Source: an uncultured Oscillibacter sp. (lineage in GTDB: Bacteria > Bacillota > Clostridia > Oscillospirales > Oscillospiraceae). From it: DNA of 32,000 bases. The notes under the pieces were generated by a model. That model saw only the letters and a list, made by a program, of their open reading frames with translations, had not been told where the DNA came from and did not search any database. The translations under genes were made by a program, and so were the position numbers. Of the stretch, positions 10,931 through 17,314 are shown piece by piece. Numbering within the stretch: the stretch's first letter is position 1; every line of letters starts with the position of its first letter. Location of the stretch: assembly GCA_947244595.1 (NCBI GenBank), contig CAMXKT010000002.1, positions 47,520-79,519 of the forward strand, given 5' to 3'.

Positions 10931-11743
10931 ATGAGTTTATTAGATATGTTTGCCTTCCCCTTCATCCAGCGGGCCCTGATCGCCGGCGTGCTGGTAAGCC
11001 TGTGCGCCGCCCTGCTGGGGGTGCCCCTGGTGCTGAAGCGCTACTCCATGATCGGCGACGGCCTGAGCCACGTGTCCTTCGGGGCCCTGGCCATGGCGGT
11101 GGCCCTGGGGTTCACGCCGCTGTATTTCTCCATTCCCGTGGTCGTCGCCGCGGCCTTCCTCCTCCTCCGGGTGGCGGACAGCCCCCGGTGGAACAGCGAC
11201 GCCGCCATCGCCGTGGTCAGCGCCTCCTCCCTGGCCCTGGGGGTGCTGGTGATCTCCAAGACCTCCGGCATGACCACGGACGTGGACAACTACATGTTCG
11301 GCAGCGTCCTGGCCATGTCCAAGGCGGACGTGGCGCTGTCCGTAGTTCTCTGCGCCGCCGTGCTGACGCTGTTTCTCCTGTTCTATCACCGCATCTTCGC
11401 CGTCACCTTCGACGAGAGCTTCTCCCGGGCCACGGGGATGCGGGTGGAGCGGTACAACGCCCTTCTGGCCATCCTGACGGCCCTGACCATCGTCCTGGGA
11501 ATGCGGATGATGGGCGCTATGCTGATCTCCTCCCTGGTCATCTTCCCGGCGCTGACGGCCATGCGGATCTTCCGGAGCTTCCGGGGCGTGACCCTCTGCG
11601 CCGCCGTCACGTCGGTGGCCTGCTTCTGCGTGGGGCTCACCGTGTCCTTCGCCTGGTCCACGCCGGTGGGAGCCACGGTGGTGACGGTGAATCTGGCGCT
11701 GTTCCTCCTGGCCTGCGGAGCGTCGGCGCTCCGGCGGCGGTAA
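10931..11743 (+). CDS. metal ABC transporter permease (ABC-3 family, ZnuB-like)
   Basis: ORF 10847-11743. The preferred start is ATG 10931 (MSLLDMFAFPFIQRAL), after GAGGTG (10921-10926). The protein is a hydrophobic multi-TM protein. Confidence 0.85.
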   Translation: MSLLDMFAFPFIQRALIAGVLVSLCAALLGVPLVLKRYSMIGDGLSHVSFGALAMAVALGFTPLYFSIPVVVAAAFLLLRVADSPRWNSDAAIAVVSASSLALGVLVISKTSGMTTDVDNYMFGSVLAMSKADVALSVVLCAAVLTLFLLFYHRIFAVTFDESFSRATGMRVERYNALLAILTALTIVLGMRMMGAMLISSLVIFPALTAMRIFRSFRGVTLCAAVTSVACFCVGLTVSFAWSTPVGATVVTVNLALFLLACGASALRRR

Positions 11744-11748
11744 CACAA

Positions 11749-11772
11749 AACGGCCCGCTTTCGCGGGCCGTT
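11749..11772. terminator. hairpin terminator between convergent genes
   Basis: AACGGCCCGC TTTC GCGGGCCGTT. On the minus strand it is followed by TTTTGTGTT, so it is a convincing terminator for the HTH gene. On the plus strand the T-run is poor. Confidence 0.6.
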
Positions 11773-12002
11773 CAGCGTTTGCGGGGATAGGGCCTGGGGT
11801 CGTCGGTCAGCTCCAGGAGGTAGTCCACGCTGGTGTTATGGAATTTTGCCAAGGCACAGAGGACCTGCGGCGTTATCATGCGCTGGCCGCTTTCATAATA
11901 GGCATAGGTTCTCTGAGAAATGTCAATCGCGTCCCCCAACTGCTGCTGCGTCAAATCGCGGTCCTCGCGAAGGTCGCGGATTCTTCGGTACATCGCCATC
12001 AC
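11772..12002 (-). CDS. XRE-family helix-turn-helix transcriptional regulator
   Basis: 76 aa. The HTH_3 pattern is LTQQQLGDAIDISQRTYAYYESGQRMI. Confidence 0.85.
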   Translation of the reverse strand: MMAMYRRIRDLREDRDLTQQQLGDAIDISQRTYAYYESGQRMITPQVLCALAKFHNTSVDYLLELTDDPRPYPRKR

Positions 12003-12036
12003 CCAAAAAAAGCATAGGCTAGAGCAAGATATTCTA

Positions 12037-12065
12037 TTTACATTTTGAACACATTGTTCTAAAAT
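12037..12065 (+). promoter_or_regulatory. candidate promoter for the small divergent ORF
   Basis: TTTACA (12037-12042), 17-nt spacer, TAAAAT (12060-12065). Confidence 0.4.
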
Positions 12066-12076
12066 AGAGGGGGGTG

Positions 12077-12253
12077 ATGAAGCTGTCTTACAAAGAACTT
12101 TATTTTCGGCTGTTCTCCGCCGTGACGGAGGCCCTGGCCTGTCTGCAAAACGGGCGGATCATTTCCGCTATCCAAATCCTGCTCCGCGCGACGGAGACCG
12201 CCGAGGCTGTCCATATGGAGGCGGACATTTTGCCGGACGCGCCTCTGGAGTGA
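12077..12253 (+). CDS. small hypothetical protein (58 aa), below the cutoff of the supplied ORF track
   Basis: ATG 12077 follows a G-rich SD (AGAGGGGGG). My translation is MKLSYKELYFRLFSAVTEALACLQNGRIISAIQILLRATETAEAVHMEADILPDAPLE, which looks helical. It is divergent from the XRE gene. Confidence 0.4.
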   Translation: MKLSYKELYFRLFSAVTEALACLQNGRIISAIQILLRATETAEAVHMEADILPDAPLE

Positions 12254-12281
12254 GGAAATTTTCAATCCGGCAAACTTTTCC

Positions 12282-12309
12282 TTGACATTTCCCCAAATTC
12301 CGATATAAT
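12282..12309 (+). promoter_or_regulatory. candidate promoter of the rpsF-ssb-rpsR operon
   Basis: TTGACA (12282-12287), 16-nt spacer, TATAAT (12304-12309). Confidence 0.6.
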
Positions 12310-12386
12310 AAGTAGGCTTGCAGTCGCAGGCATATCCTTGCTCTCATCGGAGAATGAGGGCCATTTGTCCAAAAGGAGGTGCAAAC
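12310..12386 (+). promoter_or_regulatory. rpsF 5' leader with two small hairpins; possible S6:S18 autoregulatory leader
   Basis: One hairpin is GCTTGC AGTC GCAGGC and the other is CTCAT CGGAGA ATGAG, both just upstream of the SD AAAGGAGG. Assignment to the known rpsF-leader motif is from position only and was not aligned. Confidence 0.3.
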
Positions 12387-12683
12387 ATGGCAAAGGTTAC
12401 TGCCAATTACGAGGTCGTGTATATCATCGACCCTGCACAGGGGGAGGAGAATATCGCCGCCCTGGTGGCGAAGTTCAAGACCCTGGCTGAGCAGAACGGC
12501 TCCGCCGTCGAGGTGGAGGAGTGGGGCGCCCGTCGTCTCGCCTATCCCATCGACTATAAGAACGACGGCTACTATGTGCTGATGAGCTTCACCAGCGAAC
12601 CGTCCTTCCCCAAGGAGCTGGACCGTGTTCTCGGTATTACCGACGGCATCATGCGTTCCCTGATCGTCTGCAAGGGCGAGTGA
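12387..12683 (+). CDS. rpsF: 30S ribosomal protein S6
   Basis: Start ATG 12387 follows AAAGGAGG. The sequence MAKVTANYEVVYIIDP...EEWGARRLAYPI is typical of S6. Confidence 0.95.
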   Translation: MAKVTANYEVVYIIDPAQGEENIAALVAKFKTLAEQNGSAVEVEEWGARRLAYPIDYKNDGYYVLMSFTSEPSFPKELDRVLGITDGIMRSLIVCKGE

Positions 12684-12696
12684 GGAGGGGCCCCGC

Positions 12697-13167
12697 ATGC
12701 TGAACAAGATCGTCATCATGGGCCGTCTGACCCGTGACCCCGAACTGCGCCGCACCCAGAGCGGCACCGCCGTCACGTCCTTCTCCATCGCCTGCGACCG
12801 GGATTTCAAGTCCCAGAGCGGCGAGAAGGAGACGGATTTCATCGACGTGGTGGCCTGGCGTTCAACGGCGGAATTTGTCAGCAAGTACTTCGCCAAGGGC
12901 CGCATGGCCGTGGTGGAAGGCCGGCTGCAGATCCGCGACTGGACCGACCGGGAGGGCGGCAAGCGCCGCAGCGCCGAGATCGTGGCGGACAACGTCTACT
13001 TCGGGGACTCCAAACGGGACAGCGGCGGCGAATACGGCGGCTCCTCTTACGGAGCGCCCCCCGCCTACGGCGCTCCTGCCGCGCCCGGCAGGACCCCTGC
13101 CTCCGGTTTTGGGGGAGGGTCTGATTTCGCCGAGATCGGCGAAGAGGACGGCGAGCTGCCGTTTTGA
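12697..13167 (+). CDS. ssb: single-stranded DNA-binding protein
   Basis: 156 aa. It has an OB-fold N-terminus MLNKIVIMGRLTRDPELRRT, a Gly/Pro-rich linker and an acidic tail EEDGELPF. Confidence 0.95.
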   Translation: MLNKIVIMGRLTRDPELRRTQSGTAVTSFSIACDRDFKSQSGEKETDFIDVVAWRSTAEFVSKYFAKGRMAVVEGRLQIRDWTDREGGKRRSAEIVADNVYFGDSKRDSGGEYGGSSYGAPPAYGAPAAPGRTPASGFGGGSDFAEIGEEDGELPF

Positions 13168-13227
13168 ATTTGATGGATTCCGGAGGGCAACTCTCCCTCC
13201 GGACACCGGAATAAAGGAGGAAAACTC

Positions 13228-13479
13228 ATGGCTTTCGATCGTGAATCCCGGCCCGCCCGCCCGACGCGGGGCAAGCGCCGCAAGGTCTGCCAGTTCTGCG
13301 CCGAGAAGTGCGAGCACATTGACTATAAGGACGCCGCTAAGCTGCGCCGCTTCATCTCCGAGCGGGCCAAGATCCTGCCCCGCAGGACCACCGGCACCTG
13401 CGCCATGCATCAGCGCCAGCTGACTGAGGCCATCAAGCGGGCCCGTCAGATCGCTCTGCTGCCCTACGTCACCGACTGA
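13228..13479 (+). CDS. rpsR: 30S ribosomal protein S18
   Basis: 83 aa. The motifs CQFCAEK..IDYKD...[27 protein letters not shown] are characteristic of S18. Confidence 0.95.
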   Translation: MAFDRESRPARPTRGKRRKVCQFCAEKCEHIDYKDAAKLRRFISERAKILPRRTTGTCAMHQRQLTEAIKRARQIALLPYVTD

Positions 13480-13505
13480 CGAAGGAACGAGGAATTGAAA
13501 AAGTC

Positions 13506-13540
13506 CGGTCCGTCCCCTTGGGGGGCGGGCCGGGTTTTTC
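13506..13540 (+). terminator. terminator after rpsR
   Basis: An imperfect GC-rich stem (CCGGTCCGTCCCC ... GGGGCGGGCCGG) is followed by GTTTTT. Confidence 0.55.
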
Positions 13541-13576
13541 CCGGGGCAAAAATTTTGTTTCCCGACGGAAAAGGAC

Positions 13577-13605
13577 TTGATTTTTCTCCCAGGTTCGTTT
13601 ATAAT
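13577..13605 (+). promoter_or_regulatory. candidate promoter of tRNA-Gly
   Basis: TTGATT (13577-13582), 17-nt spacer, TATAAT (13600-13605). It ends 24 nt upstream of the tRNA 5' end. Confidence 0.6.
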
Positions 13606-13629
13606 AGCAGTGTTGTGAAAATTGAATCT

Positions 13630-13703
13630 GCAGGGTTAGTACATCGGTAGTACAACGGCTTCCCAAGCCGTGGAGGCGGGTTCGATTCCCGTACCCTGCT
13701 CCA
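13630..13703 (+). tRNA. tRNA-Gly(CCC): tRNA-Gly, anticodon CCC, CCA encoded
   Basis: Hand-folded cloverleaf: acceptor GCAGGGT/ACCCTGC, D-stem GTAC/GTAC, anticodon stem ACGGC/GCCGT with loop TTCCCAA, variable GGAG, T-arm GCGGG TTCGATT CCCGT, discriminator T, then CCA. Total length 74 nt. Confidence 0.9.
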
Positions 13704-13710
13704 CGAGGGG

Positions 13711-13740
13711 CCCTGGAACCACAATGGTTCCAGGGTTTTT
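13711..13740 (+). terminator. terminator after tRNA-Gly
   Basis: CCCTGGAACC (13711-13720) pairs with GGTTCCAGGG (13726-13735), followed by TTTTT. Confidence 0.75.
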
Positions 13741-13777
13741 CCGTTCCCCGTGGAGGCAGGTTTCCCTTTGGTTTCCC

Positions 13778-14974
13778 TTATTGGCCGGAAACGCTCTTGA
13801 TAAACTTCTGCATCCGTTCTGCGCTGTCCCTCTTCATCTGGTCCGTCACATGGCCGTAGACATCCAGCGTAAAGGCAGCTGTGGCATGGCCCAAATTGCC
13901 CTGTACAGTTTTGATATCATCCCCGCTTTTGATTGCGGCGACGGCGTAGCTGTGACGAAGGTCATGCACCCGGGCATCCGGCCGGCCAATCAGAGCCACC
14001 AGCCGCTTATAGTTGTTATAGACGGTATACGGCGAGAGATGCTTTCCTAATTCATCGGTAAACACAAGACCGCTGTCCTCCCAGGCTGGGCCCGCCCGGA
14101 GACGCCACTCCGCCTGTCTGCTCCGCTGGCGGCGGAGCAGCTCCATCACGAAGTCGGCGGGCGTGATCCGCCGCCACCTATCGTTTTTGAGGGACACAAG
14201 GCTGTAGCGGCGCTTCCCGGTTTCATCCTTGGCCCGCTGGAGCTGCCTGTCAATCAACAGCGTGCCCTTGTCGAAGTCCACACGGTCCCAGGCGAGGCCC
14301 AGTACTTCTCCCTTCCGCAGCCCTGTAAAGAGAGTAACGAGATACAATAGCTCAAATCGGTGGCCTTGTACCACGTCCAGGAACCGGCGGATGGCGTCAT
14401 CATCCAGCGGCTTGATATCTTTCTTTATGACCCGAGGCAATGCGCAGGGGTCCGAAGGATTCACGCGCAGATACCCAATCATAACAGCCTGTTGAAGAGC
14501 TTCATGGAGTACCCCATGAATATTCTTTATGGTCTTTGGAGATAAGCCCTTTTTGCTGAGCCCGTTGTAAAAATGCTGGATAGTGTGCGCATTCAGCATA
14601 TCAAGCCTGGCCGCCCCCAATTCCGGCAGAAGATGATTTTGGGTGATACTCCGGTATGCCTCTTGAGTCCTTGGCTTAACGCCTACAAGGTAATCCTGCT
14701 CCCAGGCTGTAAGCCACTGCCCAACTGTCAGCTTGCACGCCTCCTGGAAAATGCCCTGGCCGATCTCCGCTGTGACCTCCCGGAGCTTCTGGGCAACCTC
14801 GGCCTGGGTTTTCCCGGAGATGGAGTGCTGCTTCTGCTTCCCCGTTTTGGGGTCAAAGCCGCAGGTGTAGCGGCCCTCCCAGTATGTATATTCTTTTCCG
14901 TTCTTCTTCACGATCTTCTTTCGGATGGACCCGTCCCCAGAGGCGGCCCGTCCGCTTTTTTTACCGCGCGGCAT
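13778..14974 (-). CDS. int: tyrosine-type site-specific integrase (phage integrase family)
   Basis: 398 aa. It has an N-terminal arm-binding-type domain (KEYTYWEGRY...GKQKQHSISGKTQAEV), a core-binding domain, and a catalytic domain with GLRKGEV (Arg), HDLRHSYA (H-x-x-R) and LGHATAAFTLDVYGH (Tyr). A strong SD GAAGGAGGT lies 9 nt upstream. Confidence 0.95.
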   Translation of the reverse strand: MPRGKKSGRAASGDGSIRKKIVKKNGKEYTYWEGRYTCGFDPKTGKQKQHSISGKTQAEVAQKLREVTAEIGQGIFQEACKLTVGQWLTAWEQDYLVGVKPRTQEAYRSITQNHLLPELGAARLDMLNAHTIQHFYNGLSKKGLSPKTIKNIHGVLHEALQQAVMIGYLRVNPSDPCALPRVIKKDIKPLDDDAIRRFLDVVQGHRFELLYLVTLFTGLRKGEVLGLAWDRVDFDKGTLLIDRQLQRAKDETGKRRYSLVSLKNDRWRRITPADFVMELLRRQRSRQAEWRLRAGPAWEDSGLVFTDELGKHLSPYTVYNNYKRLVALIGRPDARVHDLRHSYAVAAIKSGDDIKTVQGNLGHATAAFTLDVYGHVTDQMKRDSAERMQKFIKSVSGQ

Positions 14975-15251
14975 GATCTATACCTCCTTCCGCCGCCCGG
15001 CAGGAATCACCTTCCAGCGTAGCGGACATAGCGGTATCTGTCCAGGACACGTTTGTCCCGGTTCCGCCGGTCAAGTACTCCAGCAACTCATGCTTGAGAA
15101 TGCGGATCTGTTTGCCGGCGCGGACGCTCTTGATCTGGCCGGAACGGACCAGGGCGAAAGCCGTGTTCCTACCGATGCAGAGAATGGGCATCAGCTCCTC
15201 CACCGTCAGCACCAGAGGAATATCATCAAAGCTCAAAGGACGGTCAGCCAT
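14961..15251 (-). CDS. xis: excisionase-family (HTH_17/MerR-like) DNA-binding protein
   Basis: 96 aa. The motif LTVEELMPILCIGRNTAFALVRSGQIKSVRAGKQIRILKHEL is a typical excisionase-type HTH. It overlaps int by 14 nt and the upstream recombinase gene by 8 nt. Confidence 0.8.
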   Translation of the reverse strand: MADRPLSFDDIPLVLTVEELMPILCIGRNTAFALVRSGQIKSVRAGKQIRILKHELLEYLTGGTGTNVSWTDTAMSATLEGDSCRAAEGGIDHAAR

Positions 15252-16137
15252 TTTCCTTCCCCTCCTTCAGCGACGCCAGATAGATATTCGTCACATCGTC
15301 TCGGCCATGCCCCAGGAGCTTAGAGACGGCCTTCCGGGCCCCAAAGGGCGTAACCCCGGCGTCGATGAAGCCCCGGTACTTCTCCGCCGCGTAGGTGTGG
15401 CGCAGGCCGTGGAAGGTCATGGGTCGGGTGGAACCTTCATCCTGAACAGTGGAGCGGTTCAGCCAAATGAACGCCTGGAGGGCCTTGATTGCCTCGTGGG
15501 TCTCCTGATCGTCGGAGACATACAGTTTATGTCCGCGCGGCGTCCGCTTCAAATCCTGCTGAAGACGCTGGACCAGGAGGTCGTTCAGCGGGACGGCCCG
15601 CACCAGGCCGCCCTTGCCCTTGATGGTGATGGCCTTTTCTTTGACCGCCTTGGCCGCCGTGGCGGTGTCGATGCGGAAGCATTCATGGATACGGAGCCCG
15701 GCGAACCGGCCCAGGTAGAATATAGAGACATAATCCTCCCGCCCACGCTCCAGAGCAATGCCAAGCATCCGCTCAAACTCGCCGGCGCTCCACGTCCGGT
15801 CGACGCCGCCGAAGGTCCGGCGCTGGAGGCACAAGTCCCCATTCCCCGGCAGCTCATACCGGGCACTGGGAATCAGGTCATGGAAAAAGCGGATGGCCGA
15901 GAGGTCCGTCTTGATGGTGGAGGTGGATTTTCCTTGCTCCTGGAGATACGCGACATACGCATAAATATGCTTCGGCGCGATATTTGCCAGCCGCTCTAGA
16001 CGATAGACCTCCGCCAGAAAGCGGCAGAAGCGCTGCATGGCCTCATAGTACCGGGCCCGGGTCTTATAGCTGCCCTGGCGGTTGTGACGGTGGAGCTTGT
16101 CCACCTGGGACATGAGATTACGGTAATGATTTGACAT
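15244..16137 (-). CDS. second tyrosine recombinase (integrase-domain protein, about 297 aa)
   Basis: ORF 15244-16188 starts with GTG. The preferred start is ATG 16137 (MSNHYRNL), 7 nt after AAAGGA. Catalytic signature: AGLRIHE (Arg), KGKGG (Lys), HGLRHTYA (H-x-x-R), LGHGRDDVTNIYL (His/Tyr). It lacks the N-terminal arm-binding domain seen in int. Confidence 0.85.
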   Translation of the reverse strand: MSNHYRNLMSQVDKLHRHNRQGSYKTRARYYEAMQRFCRFLAEVYRLERLANIAPKHIYAYVAYLQEQGKSTSTIKTDLSAIRFFHDLIPSARYELPGNGDLCLQRRTFGGVDRTWSAGEFERMLGIALERGREDYVSIFYLGRFAGLRIHECFRIDTATAAKAVKEKAITIKGKGGLVRAVPLNDLLVQRLQQDLKRTPRGHKLYVSDDQETHEAIKALQAFIWLNRSTVQDEGSTRPMTFHGLRHTYAAEKYRGFIDAGVTPFGARKAVSKLLGHGRDDVTNIYLASLKEGKENG

Positions 16138-16985
16138 AAATGCATCCTTTCTTGATTTTAAAAAAGGACGCAGCTCACCCATTGGCACAGTCCAGCCATT
16201 TCCGGCTTTTATCCGCCGGACCTCCCAGGCCGAAACCGCGCCAATGAGCTTAGACCCATTGAAAACAGCAGGTTTTATTGGCTGGGAGCAGCCGATCTAG
16301 CTGGTCCGTCTCCGTTGTATATCGTGGTCAGTATGATCGCCGTGAAGCCGCTCAAAAGCGACGGGGAAGGAAATTCCCGCGGCAGACGCGAAGCCCTGGG
16401 CAAGGCGCGGGAGAGTTCCCGCCTGCGTCCGTGGTCCCGTCCCCGGCAGAAGGACGGCGAAAGTGTGAAGGAAGTCCCGCCCTGCCGGAGGCGGAACTGG
16501 CCGGCAGTCTGGGCCGGCCCGGAAATAGAATAACTTTTCATCTGGTTTTGCATAGCGAATCCTCCTTTTTTTTACCCTTGGCAGGCGGGGGTGACTGGTC
16601 CCCTCCCGTTGCGCAGAGCGCCGGGTCCTGTTACTTTTGGACGCAAAAAAGCCCGCGCCTTCCCAGTGGGAAAACTCGGACACTTTGAAACACGGATACT
16701 GTGCTTGCTTTCGCAAAGCTCTGTTACTGTATGGCTACAGCATAGCAGACGCCCCGCAGAAAGTCAAGACCCGTTCCGGCTCCTTCATCATCATTCAAAA
16801 ATGGGCAGACTGCCCCCCTAAACACCACTCGGCGGCTTTCGCTCACCGAACGTACAACCCTTGGGATCGACCGGCCCGCCGGCGTCTCCACCACAACGTA
16901 TGCAATGCTGCTCCCTGGCAGCCCCCAGGCCAGCGGCCCGGCTCCGAGTTTCACGGAGGGCGCACAAACAATCAATAATGGTTTC

Positions 16986-17014
16986 TTTATATCACGGTTT
17001 ACAGATTTTGTCAA
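16986..17014 (-). promoter_or_regulatory. near-consensus promoter firing leftward into the ORF-poor region and the recombinase-xis-int operon
   Basis: Minus strand reads TTGACA (17014-17009), 17-nt spacer, TATAAA (16991-16986), preceded by TGa (extended -10). Confidence 0.6.
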
Positions 17015-17085
17015 TGCTTGCCTTGATATCTTCTATTCTTGGCCTATCCAGAACAGCGGGCATACTACGCCCTTTGTCACGCCGT

Positions 17086-17126
17086 TCCTCCCTAACATAG
17101 TCCGCCCTAACTTACTCCGCCCTAAT
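17086..17126. repeat. three tandem 15-bp-spaced direct repeats, TCC(T/G)CCCTAA(C/T)
   Basis: TCCTCCCTAAC at 17086-17096, TCCGCCCTAAC at 17101-17111, TCCGCCCTAAT at 17116-17126. They lie 70-110 bp upstream of the leftward promoter. Confidence 0.8.
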
Positions 17127-17144
17127 GATAGATCAATTCTATCA
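17126..17144. repeat. 19-bp palindrome TGATAGA-TCAAT-TCTATCA (operator-like)
   Basis: Perfect 7-bp arms at 17126-17132 and 17138-17144. Confidence 0.75.
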
Positions 17145-17154
17145 ACTCGAAAAC

Positions 17155-17245
17155 GGCCTGTCTAGGTGGAAACCTTCCACCCTGTAGGCTTGCGCCTCTG
17201 AGGTACAGGGTCATTATACTTTCCGGCCTAGAGGCTGTCTAGGTG
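17155..17245. repeat. direct repeat CTGTCTAGGTG (two copies) flanking two hairpins
   Basis: The copies are at 17158-17168 and 17235-17245, both preceded by CGGCCT. Between them are hairpins GGTGGAA-ACC-TTCCACC (17165-17181) and CCCTGTA...TACAGGG (17180-17210). Confidence 0.7.
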
Positions 17246-17264
17246 AAGTTTTGTCAACCAGCAG

Positions 17265-17301
17265 AAAAAGGGATGTGTCCAAGTTGGACACATCCCTTTT
17301 T
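17265..17301. repeat. palindrome family copy 1, a perfect 37-nt palindrome that also has the form of a bidirectional terminator
   Basis: AAAAAGGGATGTGTCCAA-G-TTGGACACATCCCTTTTT, centre G at 17283. It lies 14 nt downstream of the NYN gene stop. Confidence 0.9.
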
Positions 17302-17314
17302 CATTAGAATGCGA

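Noticed and set aside
12168-12992. A 274-aa minus-strand ORF spanning rpsF and ssb.
   Set aside because: It is antisense to universally conserved rpsF/ssb and has an implausible composition.
16275-16553. A 92-codon minus-strand ORF with a very strong SD (A8-GGAGG, 7 nt before ATG) in the ORF-poor region.
   Set aside because: I did not call it as a CDS. After the first 20 residues or so, the product is R/S/P/G-rich like random high-GC translation, and overlapping frames are equally open. It is kept as an open question within the ncRNA/leader finding, and Ribo-seq or conservation analysis would decide.
16672-16951. A 9-nt long-range complementarity (AAACTCGGA at 16672-16680 with TCCGAGTTT at 16943-16951), considered as evidence for a closed RNA domain.
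   Set aside because: Roughly one such 9-mer pairing is expected by chance within an 800-nt region, so it is not evidence on its own.
16950-17300. Whether the repeat-rich zone marks a junction between two tandemly integrated elements (a small int/xis island plus a separate prophage).
   Set aside because: Tandem insertion at the tRNA site should leave a copy of the tRNA 3'-end att core here. I see no resemblance to GGTTCGATTCCCGTACCCTGCTCCA anywhere in 13.8-32 kb. The gene order also fits a single temperate phage.
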